Source of the DNA: Methanomassiliicoccales archaeon
GTDB lineage: Archaea; Thermoplasmatota; Thermoplasmata; RBG-16-68-12; SOIM01
Reading direction: 5' to 3'
DNA length: 64,000 nt
Assembly (NCBI GenBank): GCA_030593885.1
Contig: JAUVGH010000003.1
Coordinates: 3,011-67,010 of the forward strand
Shown here: positions 47,900 to 56,413 of the stretch, in pieces
Position numbering within the stretch: position 1 is the stretch's first letter
Layout of the letters: each line of letters begins with the position of its first letter
Notes under the pieces: generated by a model
What the model saw: only the letters and a program-made list of their open reading frames with translations
Database searches by the model: none
Told to the model about the DNA's origin: nothing
Position numbers and translations under genes: made by a program

Positions 47900-47962
47900 T
47901 GTCGGACAGTTCTTTTGGTTTTGTCCGACAAATGTCGGTATAGCGTCTGACATATTTAAAGG
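47900..47962 (-). promoter_or_regulatory. cdrS promoter: TATA (minus CCTTTAAATATG, 47951-47962) plus palindromic TGTC[G/C]GACA sites
   Basis: TGTCGGACA (47900-47908) and its reverse complement TGTCCGACA (47922-47930) have centres 22 bp apart. The overlapping perfect palindrome CCGACA-AA-TGTCGG (47925-47938) lies at about the expected TSS. Confidence 0.45.
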
Positions 47963-48123
47963 TTTTGGAATGCTAGTCAGAGGTTTGAATCGCTTAGATT
48001 GATACATTGAACCATGGCAAAACTTAACAGTATTGTCCCTGATACTGGTACCGTCATCCTTAAGTGTTTCTGACCAGGATGACGGGCAGTTCTGGCATCG
48101 GACTGACGAAGGAGAGAGCTGGA

Positions 48124-51100
48124 ATGAGAAGGGCTAGCAGCAAAGCAATGAAGAGAATCGTTTCCTTGGGGGTGTCCTCCTGTCTTCTTTTCTCGACTCT
48201 TATGATCCTGGTCTCTTTTCATTCAGATCATGTCAAAGCATTGTCGCCCACTTGGGGAGATGCAATGGAAATGGGTCCTGGAGAGTGGAATAACTATTCC
48301 AACGGTGCGGGGACGGAGTGGCAGTTGGGAACGCCGGAGAACGTAGGGCCTAATTCAACCCATTCAGGAGTGAACGCATGGGGGACGAACATCGCCGAGA
48401 ACTACTCGACGGAAGCTCTGGCATATTTGGAATCACCCACATTCGATCTGGTTTTATCGACGAACACAGAACTCGTCTTCTGGCATTATTTGGAAACAGA
48501 GGACAATGTCACTAACACTTGGGACGGAGGGATCCTAGAGGTCTCGACCGACACCGGCATCACCTGGATTCAAATCGATGATCCTGTTGCGCCGAACCCA
48601 AATCCCTACTATGACGCTAACCTGGACAACGTGAGGAACAACCCATTGGGAGGGAAGAAGGCGTACTGTTACGACCGCTCCGGATGGGAGGAGGTTTCTG
48701 TCAATCTATCGCAGTTTGACGGTTCTTCTAATTTCATATTCAGGTTCGCCTTCGGAAGCGACACGACCGGTGGTTCTCCGGGATGGTATATCGATGACGT
48801 GCTCATCTCAGCGGATGCGAAGGAAGGAGTGATTGTTGAGCCGGATTACTCAAGGATCGACCTGGCTGGAACGGCTCACAAATTCAACCTGACGGTCAGA
48901 AATCTGCAGAAGATATCTGACGTGATCGACATAGTCCTCGAAGACGCCTACGGATGGCCAATGGAGCTCTACATGTGGGACGGGGTCTCGCCCCTTGCGG
49001 ATACGGGTGGTGCGCCTGGCATTCCGGACACTGGCTCCTTGTTCAAAGGGGCATCTAGAGATATAGTTCTTGAGGTCACGATACCTCCTGGGACTCCATA
49101 CGGCGTGAACAACCTGATACAAGTGAAAGGGGTGCCGTACTCGGGTCCAGCGGTCATTGATGCAGCATATGTTCATCTGTCAACGCCAACGCCTGACGTT
49201 TCCATCGTTGAATTCTCGGTTCCTGGTGTTCAGGTCTCTGGTGAAGAGGCGAATGTCACGGCTTCGATCAGGAACAACGGACGCTACAATCGGTCGTTCG
49301 ATGTAAGTCTGAAGATAAGCGGACCTGGGGAGTTGCAGTACGATCCCGTGAGAAGTATTGAGAACCTGAGTGCCGATGAGACGACAAGCGTTTACTGGAC
49401 TTTCATTCCGACGATTACGGGAGATTACGCAATAGAGGCAATGACTCTGTTGGACATAGATGTGGTTCCCGGGAACAACGTATCCTCCAGGCAGATGACG
49501 GTGATGACAAAGCTCTTTGAGGATACGATGGAGAACGGAGGCCCGGCATCCCAGGGAAAGTGGACGGCAGGGAGCCAGCCCCAGACCGCTTGGGAATTGG
49601 GAGTTCCATCCAACGTCGGACCGAGTTCGTGTCATTCAACGACCAAATGCTGGGGGACGAACCTCGACTCGGCCTACAGGAAGGCTGCGGACATCAGGTT
49701 GGAAACACCGAACATAGACCTTTCGGGATCGGACAGGGCAATCCTGAGATTCTCACATTTCTACCAGATCATGGGACCATGGATGGATGACGGTGGATTC
49801 GTTGAGGTAAGTAGTGATGGGGGTTCATCCTGGAGTTACATAGAACCAACTGGCGGTTATTCTGGGGGTGTTGATCTGAGCGCCCCCACGCCTCCTGGGC
49901 CAGGTGCTGATGCATATGCGGGCTCAAGTTCCGACTGGATGGTAGCCGAATTCGACCTCAACCCGTATTCCGGCGAGCAGATAATCATCGGTTTCCACCT
50001 CTGGACGGATCCATCCAACTACCAATCTGGATGGGCTGGATGGTACATAGACGATGTTCAAGTACTGCACATTCCAAAGGGGCCTGTTCTGATATTCACC
50101 GAGATCCAGGACAGCGGTCAGGAACTGATTGAGGTCTACAACAGCGGAAAGGTCCCGGACCACCTGACACATTACTCTATATCAACTGACGGAGGCATCA
50201 CGAACATAGGTGGTTCTTGGAGCACCGACCGGATAGACCCAGGCAAGTACGCTTTCTTCACTGCTTCGGGAGATGAGCTGAATGATGATGGCGAGATGCT
50301 CTACCTCCTGAACACTTCCTCCATCGAGATGAAGGATCAGATCGGCTATGGACAGAGAGGCCCGGTCCCCGACCCCATTTCAGAAGAGTCTTCCAGCAGA
50401 TTCTGGAACGGTAACGAATACGAGGAATACTGGACCAGATCGGCGAACACATCGTTCGGAGCACGCAATGACGTTCGACCAAGGAACGCTCAAACAGAGG
50501 TCGTGCTCAACGAGGTCCTCTTCAACCCGTCAACGCCTGGCGATGAGTTCGTAGAGATATTCTATTCCGGAAGCGGTTCGGTGAACCTGAAGAACTACAC
50601 TTTGGTCTGCGACAGCGCCCATACCATAGGTTCAGATGTCATCCTGGATGCCGCACACGATCATTACATAATGCTTCCCACGGACTACCCAGGCCTGTTC
50701 GCGGAAATGGATTCCGGGGGGGAGAATCTCTACTTGTACGATGCCACCGGTTCCTTCTTGGACATGGTGGGCTGGAGCTCCGGGAACGAAGTGGGCAAGT
50801 CGATGGCGCGAGTGCCTGAGGGTCTTGGATCCCGGGACGGGTATGATGACATCAGCTCCCAACAGGGAGGGTGGCGGTTCGGATCCGATCCCACAATGGC
50901 TCTCATCGGGCTAAGGCCAGACCAGTCGGGATACGGGGATCTGGGCGATGTCGTGAGCTATTCTCTTACGATTATGAACCAGCCAATAGATGACCTTATC
51001 ACTCTTACATACGTGACCGGACGCCCGTGGCAGATAGGTCTGTACACCGAGAACTGGTCCCCCCTTCCGGATACGAACTCCGATGGTCTACCAGATACCG

Positions 51101-53376
51101 GTCAGCTCCCTGCGTCATCATCCTACAACTTCAACGTGAAAGTGACCATACCGGCACAACCTCCGATTGGGAACGAGATGATGGCGGAGATCTACGCAAG
51201 CTCCACGGTCAACAAGGCAAGGGATTTCGCGAGCATAGTGACAAAGACAAGACCTCATCTGGAACCCATGAAGACGGCCGATCCGGAAGAGATATACCTC
51301 GAAGGGGTGGGAACCAATGAGTTCACTGAGATCACCCTGGAAGTGTTCGGGGGAGGTTACATGCTCACCGAAAGGCAGCCCCAGGACACCATCTTCGTGA
51401 TGGACAGTTCGGGAAGCATGCAAGACAGCGACCCCCTCAACCTGAGACTGGATGCATCCAAGATGTATGTTGACAACATGAGCATTCCTGACAGGGGAGC
51501 AGTGGTCGATTTCGATCATGTCGCCAATCTGGCTCCGATCGGCAATGGGGACCATCTGAGCAGTGATTATACCAGAATCAAACAGAACATAGACACAATC
51601 GATTCCAACGGGGCCACGGATGTTGGCCTTGGATTGAAGGTCGCCAATGAGGAACTCATCGCCAACGGGGATCCCACTCATCTTTGGATCGAGATCCTAA
51701 TGTCTGACGCGAACCAGCCGGACACTTACTACCCTGAGACTGCATTACAGATACAGAACGCAACTGATGCTGGCATCATCATCTTTGCAGTAGGACTAGG
51801 GGAATGGGTGAACGAGCCTTTGCTCAGAGAGATCGCGGAGCGCACGGGGGGAGAGTACTATCACGCCGAGGACCCGACGGCCCTTCAAGTGATATTCAGC
51901 CAGATAGAGATGATCATATTCGACATAGCTGGACGAGATGGAGACCTGAGCGATTCTGACCGCATGATAAGGGACGTGATACCGCCGTACATCCATCTGG
52001 AGTGGGGTTCTTTCTCGATCTATCCCGATGTCATTTACAGTACAATGGAAGGGACCTGCCTTGAATGGGAGGTCGCCAGGATCAAGGTGGGTGAGAACTG
52101 GAAGGTCTCCTACAAGGTCAGCAGTTCCCAACTGGGTTGGGTGCCGGTTGGTGTCTATCCGGATGCGAGGGTCAGCTACATCAAGTGGAACAATCATTAC
52201 GTGACCCACCCGTTCCCTGAGGTCTTGGTCCACGTCATCCTTCCGCCAACCGACCCGACTGTTATAGGGCCTCCAAAGGACCTTAGAACTTCGGTCACGG
52301 GAAACACGGACATTCGCCTGGACTGGACCCCTCCAGATGATCCTATGGTCAGCCACTACCTGATATATCGTTCGGAGGGGCAGAGGGGCTTCGATTTCAC
52401 AAACCCGATTCATGATACTTCAAACGATGTTGATCCAAGACGAACCGATTGGCTGGACGCCGGAGCAGCAGACGTCGGAGCCAAGAGGGAGTACTACTAC
52501 ACTGTAAGGGCTGTGGATAATGGGGGTTCTGTGAGCAACACCAGCAACACGGCAGGCAAGTGGACGAAAACATTCGAAGAGGGTCTGAACACCTTCTCTC
52601 TTCCACTGGAACCGTACCGCCCCCTGAATGTGAGTGAACTGGGGAACCAGATACCCAACGCCGAGTTCATCAGGAGTGTCGGGAAGGACGGGGGCTGGAA
52701 CACTCATATCGTGGGCACAAAGGGTGTGGTAACTGATGAGGAAGCACTTATCGGAAAGGGCTATGAGATATCGGTGTCCGCCCAGACCACGTACACGTTC
52801 GTGGGATTCCCGGGATCGATGATACGTTTCCATGAGGGGTTTGGGGATACCATAGCATTCAGAAGAAGCCTGGTGGCAAATGTGGAGAATTCGGACATAA
52901 GAGTCATCTGGCAGCCTCTCCCCAGTGTGTCTAAATATCATGTATACAGGTCCGCGAGCAGAGACGGCTTGTTTGAAGAGACGCTCCAACCCTTAGCCAT
53001 AGTTTCAACTTCTCTCAGTTATTATGTAGATATTGGAGTTGTCTCATCCGGAACTGAGCATTATTACTGGGTCGTCCCGGTCGATTCGGCGGGAAATGAG
53101 GGGAGCAGTACTTACAGTATCGGAGTGTGGATCGGGATCTATCAGAAAGGCTCTGACACCATCTCATCTCCATTGAAGTTGAGGGTGCAGATTTGGATCG
53201 ACGGTCTTTGCGAATTGAATGAGGATGTGGTCGGGATGGCTTACTTGATAAAGGGCGTTTGGAAGTTCCACTCAAGGGAGATGCCAGCTTCGGTCTACAA
53301 CACAGCTTTCGAGCAAGCATTGGGGTACCAAATATCGAACGAGAATGCAGTGCAATTGATCTTCATAGGTTACTAG
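48124..53376 (+). CDS. Giant secreted multidomain protein (2x MAM/beta-sandwich-like modules, 2x lamin-tail domains, vWA with MIDAS, FN3-like domains)
   Basis: ATG 48124 is preceded by AGGAGAG, and the signal/anchor is MKRIVSLGVSSCLLFSTLMILV. LTD motifs are LIFTEIQDSGQELIEVYNSG and VLNEVLFNPSTPGDEFVEIFYSG, and the vWA MIDAS is IFVMDSSGSM...GATDVG. FN3-like regions include DIRLDWTPPDDPMVSHYLIYRS. Confidence 0.75.
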   Translation: MRRASSKAMKRIVSLGVSSCLLFSTLMILVSFHSDHVKALSPTWGDAMEMGPGEWNNYSNGAGTEWQLGTPENVGPNSTHSGVNAWGTNIAENYSTEALAYLESPTFDLVLSTNTELVFWHYLETEDNVTNTWDGGILEVSTDTGITWIQIDDPVAPNPNPYYDANLDNVRNNPLGGKKAYCYDRSGWEEVSVNLSQFDGSSNFIFRFAFGSDTTGGSPGWYIDDVLISADAKEGVIVEPDYSRIDLAGTAHKFNLTVRNLQKISDVIDIVLEDAYGWPMELYMWDGVSPLADTGGAPGIPDTGSLFKGASRDIVLEVTIPPGTPYGVNNLIQVKGVPYSGPAVIDAAYVHLSTPTPDVSIVEFSVPGVQVSGEEANVTASIRNNGRYNRSFDVSLKISGPGELQYDPVRSIENLSADETTSVYWTFIPTITGDYAIEAMTLLDIDVVPGNNVSSRQMTVMTKLFEDTMENGGPASQGKWTAGSQPQTAWELGVPSNVGPSSCHSTTKCWGTNLDSAYRKAADIRLETPNIDLSGSDRAILRFSHFYQIMGPWMDDGGFVEVSSDGGSSWSYIEPTGGYSGGVDLSAPTPPGPGADAYAGSSSDWMVAEFDLNPYSGEQIIIGFHLWTDPSNYQSGWAGWYIDDVQVLHIPKGPVLIFTEIQDSGQELIEVYNSGKVPDHLTHYSISTDGGITNIGGSWSTDRIDPGKYAFFTASGDELNDDGEMLYLLNTSSIEMKDQIGYGQRGPVPDPISEESSSRFWNGNEYEEYWTRSANTSFGARNDVRPRNAQTEVVLNEVLFNPSTPGDEFVEIFYSGSGSVNLKNYTLVCDSAHTIGSDVILDAAHDHYIMLPTDYPGLFAEMDSGGENLYLYDATGSFLDMVGWSSGNEVGKSMARVPEGLGSRDGYDDISSQQGGWRFGSDPTMALIGLRPDQSGYGDLGDVVSYSLTIMNQPIDDLITLTYVTGRPWQIGLYTENWSPLPDTNSDGLPDTGQLPASSSYNFNVKVTIPAQPPIGNEMMAEIYASSTVNKARDFASIVTKTRPHLEPMKTADPEEIYLEGVGTNEFTEITLEVFGGGYMLTERQPQDTIFVMDSSGSMQDSDPLNLRLDASKMYVDNMSIPDRGAVVDFDHVANLAPIGNGDHLSSDYTRIKQNIDTIDSNGATDVGLGLKVANEELIANGDPTHLWIEILMSDANQPDTYYPETALQIQNATDAGIIIFAVGLGEWVNEPLLREIAERTGGEYYHAEDPTALQVIFSQIEMIIFDIAGRDGDLSDSDRMIRDVIPPYIHLEWGSFSIYPDVIYSTMEGTCLEWEVARIKVGENWKVSYKVSSSQLGWVPVGVYPDARVSYIKWNNHYVTHPFPEVLVHVILPPTDPTVIGPPKDLRTSVTGNTDIRLDWTPPDDPMVSHYLIYRSEGQRGFDFTNPIHDTSNDVDPRRTDWLDAGAADVGAKREYYYTVRAVDNGGSVSNTSNTAGKWTKTFEEGLNTFSLPLEPYRPLNVSELGNQIPNAEFIRSVGKDGGWNTHIVGTKGVVTDEEALIGKGYEISVSAQTTYTFVGFPGSMIRFHEGFGDTIAFRRSLVANVENSDIRVIWQPLPSVSKYHVYRSASRDGLFEETLQPLAIVSTSLSYYVDIGVVSSGTEHYYWVVPVDSAGNEGSSTYSIGVWIGIYQKGSDTISSPLKLRVQIWIDGLCELNEDVVGMAYLIKGVWKFHSREMPASVYNTAFEQALGYQISNENAVQLIFIGY

Positions 53377-53394
53377 CTGGATGCCAGGCTCCTA

Positions 53395-54342
53395 TCACAG
53401 TTCAAGACAATACGTTATCCCTTCCTGCTCCGTCTCAAAGCCGACCGACTTGTAGAGGTTCAACGCCTTGGGGTTCTTCACAGCAACGCACAGGTAGAGA
53501 GTGTCCATGCCTTGGGCCTGGAGCCACTTCATCCCGTTCACCAAGAGGGCCTTTCCGATACCTCTTCTCCTATACTCTTTCAGAACGCCAAAGGCCCCTA
53601 TCCAACCGGTGTTGACATTATGTTCATTGTTATACTCCAGCTCTATCGTGGATAAGCACTCACCTGCAACCTCCCCGTCCAGTTTGGCCAAGGTTATCCT
53701 TTCCATGTCCATTGTAGAATCTTTCCACTTCTCGAGAGACTTCATCGTCCTGGGTGTGAACAACTCGTCCTCTGAGAAAGCGCTGTTGAGGGCGTACATG
53801 TATTCGGTCAACTGCTGATCGGTGGAATCCTCTAGCAGGAAGTGCTCGAATTCGAGATATTCAGAATGTTCCGGTGATTGGATGTCCGGGACCTTGTTGA
53901 CCATGATGTATTCGTGCCAGATCTCTTTGAACCCTAATTCCTCTATTATGGAGATCCTCCACTCGGTCCCCCTAAGGTCCCATACCTTCGCCCTTTCAAC
54001 TCCCCGCCCTCGGAGGTAGCCGACCGACCTTCTCAACAACTCTTGTTGGATCCCTTCCTCCCTGTAGTCCTGCAGGACCCAGAGTCCTATCCATCCCTCA
54101 TTGCGACCGTGTGCGAGCTGCCTCTTGGAGATCCTTGCGCCTCCGTAACCGATCGAGTTTCCTTCGTGAAGCACGAGCCAATGACCTTCGGCCTTCCAGT
54201 CGTCATCCTCGAAGGTGCTCTTCCTGAACACTTCTGGGTTCTGGATGTCCCACATTGGGTCGTCCCTGTTGGATGTGTTGATGAGGTTGACTATATCCTC
54301 TATGTCTTCAGGGGTCGGATGGAGGTATTCGAGGTTCGCCAT
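53395..54342 (-). CDS. Tandem GNAT-family N-acetyltransferase (two acetyltransferase domains)
   Basis: Two acetyl-CoA-binding-like segments: WVLQDYREEGIQQELL and GVLKEYRRRGIGKALL. Confidence 0.72.
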   Translation of the reverse strand: MANLEYLHPTPEDIEDIVNLINTSNRDDPMWDIQNPEVFRKSTFEDDDWKAEGHWLVLHEGNSIGYGGARISKRQLAHGRNEGWIGLWVLQDYREEGIQQELLRRSVGYLRGRGVERAKVWDLRGTEWRISIIEELGFKEIWHEYIMVNKVPDIQSPEHSEYLEFEHFLLEDSTDQQLTEYMYALNSAFSEDELFTPRTMKSLEKWKDSTMDMERITLAKLDGEVAGECLSTIELEYNNEHNVNTGWIGAFGVLKEYRRRGIGKALLVNGMKWLQAQGMDTLYLCVAVKNPKALNLYKSVGFETEQEGITYCLEL

Positions 54343-54390
54343 GCCAGTACAATCTAATTGCTTTAGATAAGTCTTTGGCAGAGCATCTTC

Positions 54391-55383
54391 TTAGATCGGC
54401 TTCCCTGATTGACCTGGCCCGGTTTCGGTCCCGAGGATCTCCTCATACATTAACCGAAAGACGTCCTCGTTCACAACGCTCAGGTCGTATCGCAGAAGCA
54501 TATTGGAGGCCTCCCGCAGCAGGAGATTCAGATCATCGATCGCACCATTGGCCACCCAAGAGTAGTTCTCATCAATCTCAACGATTCTGACACCGGCTTC
54601 CACAAGAGGCTTGCCCACAGCGAAATCCTCTGGACGGTTCTTCATCTCCTCGACAAAACGGCTGTCGCCCAATACGAAGAACTGGGCAATCATCTTGGCT
54701 ATGATAACATAGTAAGCATAACGGAAGTGCAGTTCCTTTGCCCCTACTTCAACGGACTCCATGCCCATTCCTCTGCAAAGTTCGTCAAAATTCGGATACA
54801 CATTACGGTACTCTGTGGTCCACGCCTCAAACTGGGATTCGAAATCCTCTGAGGATTCAGCGATTGATCGAAGTAGCATATAGCATATGCGATAGATGGG
54901 TGATCCCTTCCTGAAAACCTCCACCAAGTCGGCCGGAATCACTGACTTCGGCTCTCCGGGACGCATAGGGGGGACGCTTTCGAGAATCCTCTCACTGAGC
55001 TCTTGATCTGTCCAATTCCTTCCTGTCTGAAAGTTGTGGTACTCTGTGACTCCATCACTGCTGGTTAGGAAGAACCTCCACAGAACGCCGTCGGTTGCCA
55101 CACCGATATTGATGTTGTTCTTGCCTTTGGTGTGTGCTTCAATCTGGGTCCTGGCATCGTCCAATTCGCCCCTGAGTGAAATCCTGGACTCGATTACTAA
55201 GGGCTCTTCGAGCACAGTGCCAGCTCTCGCCCATCCCTCACGCAACTGGAGCTCCGTCGCCTTCCCGGGTTGAAGCTCAAGGCCGAACAAATCGTCAAAG
55301 AGGTCTATGAGCCATGCGTTTATGTCGACAAGCTGAGGGTCTTCTGAGCGGATATCGAAAATGCGCTTAACGAACTCGGCCAC
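54391..55383 (-). CDS. Restriction-enzyme N-terminal-like module (HSDR_N / type IIG-like nuclease-derived domain + helical linker) lacking any methyltransferase domain
   Basis: PLVIESR...NINIGVATDGVLWRFF resembles the (E-x-K)...TNG..W.ly core of type I/IIG N-termini. The C-terminal DVFRLMYEEILG resembles the motif that normally precedes the MTase domain, but the ORF stops 12 codons later. GTG start. Confidence 0.35.
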   Translation of the reverse strand: MAEFVKRIFDIRSEDPQLVDINAWLIDLFDDLFGLELQPGKATELQLREGWARAGTVLEEPLVIESRISLRGELDDARTQIEAHTKGKNNINIGVATDGVLWRFFLTSSDGVTEYHNFQTGRNWTDQELSERILESVPPMRPGEPKSVIPADLVEVFRKGSPIYRICYMLLRSIAESSEDFESQFEAWTTEYRNVYPNFDELCRGMGMESVEVGAKELHFRYAYYVIIAKMIAQFFVLGDSRFVEEMKNRPEDFAVGKPLVEAGVRIVEIDENYSWVANGAIDDLNLLLREASNMLLRYDLSVVNEDVFRLMYEEILGTETGPGQSGKPI

Positions 55384-55510
55384 AGGCCAGCATTCGACCG
55401 CATGATAATAAGTTTTGCTTTGTGCTCAACCGGAACAGTCAGGAGTTCACAGAAATCATTAAAGTACTACATCGATATTGATGCACTGCTTGGAGGGGCA
55501 TGGTGAACCA

Positions 55511-56395
55511 ATGGCTGTGAAGAAGAAGATAGTTCTTCTCGGTGATAGTGCCGTCGGGAAGACCAGTTTGATGCGCCGCTATGTGTTCGACCAGTTTGAG
55601 GGATCCTACGTCACGACAATCGGGAGCAAAGTGACGAGAAAGGAGATGACGATTATGAAAGATGACAGGGAGGTTGAGCTCAATCTCATTATCCACGACA
55701 TACTCGGAAGAGTGGGATACATGGCGCTACATGCGAGGACCTTTGCAGGTGCGCAGGGCGCCATTCTTGTCTCTGACCTGACTCGAAGGGAGACACTCAA
55801 AACACTGGAACTATATTGGATTCCATTGCTCTTCCAGGTGGTTGAGAATGTTCCGTTGGTTTTCACCTGTAATAAGTCAGACCTCACCGATGAGATATCG
55901 TTCAAACAAAAGGATATCAAGGACATAGCCTCAAGGTACAACGTTGGGATAGAGAATTCATTGAGCAATGGCCTCAAACCAAGTTACATGACAAGCGCCA
56001 AAACTGGCAAGAACGTGGAGAAAGCGTTTGAGAGTCTGGGCCATCTGATGATGTCGGAGAAAGCTCCAAGGGATCCCATAAAGGAACTGCACGAGAAGCT
56101 CATAGCTGAGGGCATTTACCGGCAATCCGATAGAAAGACTTTGATCGGTGCGGCGGATGCCTTGATCGTGGATTTCTGCGAGGGTCTGGATGATGATAGA
56201 GTGGCCCTCCTCTTACTCCGTCAGGAATTTACCAGGGCGGGCGTGGACGTGAGAAGCCCTTCGAAGGAAGGACTGTTGAAGGCTGTGGAGTATCTGGCAG
56301 AGGCTGAGTCCGAGTTCAAAGATGAGGGTCAGGTGCTGAAGGACAAAGAGAGAAGATTTCAGTTGGTAAAGAAAGCGAGAACGATCACTAGATGA
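55511..56395 (+). CDS. Rab/Ras-like small GTPase with ~114-aa C-terminal extension
   Basis: G1 is GDSAVGKT, switch I YVTTIG, G3 DILG, G4 NKSD and G5 TSAKTGKNVEKAF. ATG 55511 was chosen; the track ORF begins at TTG 55478. Confidence 0.8.
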   Translation: MAVKKKIVLLGDSAVGKTSLMRRYVFDQFEGSYVTTIGSKVTRKEMTIMKDDREVELNLIIHDILGRVGYMALHARTFAGAQGAILVSDLTRRETLKTLELYWIPLLFQVVENVPLVFTCNKSDLTDEISFKQKDIKDIASRYNVGIENSLSNGLKPSYMTSAKTGKNVEKAFESLGHLMMSEKAPRDPIKELHEKLIAEGIYRQSDRKTLIGAADALIVDFCEGLDDDRVALLLLRQEFTRAGVDVRSPSKEGLLKAVEYLAEAESEFKDEGQVLKDKERRFQLVKKARTITR

Positions 56396-56413
56396 TGGGG
56401 GAGTGAGGGACAA

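Noticed and set aside
51118-52989. Three minus-strand ORFs (187, 205 and 189 aa)
   Set aside because: All are antisense to the giant LTD/vWA/FN3 gene, and their products have no motifs.
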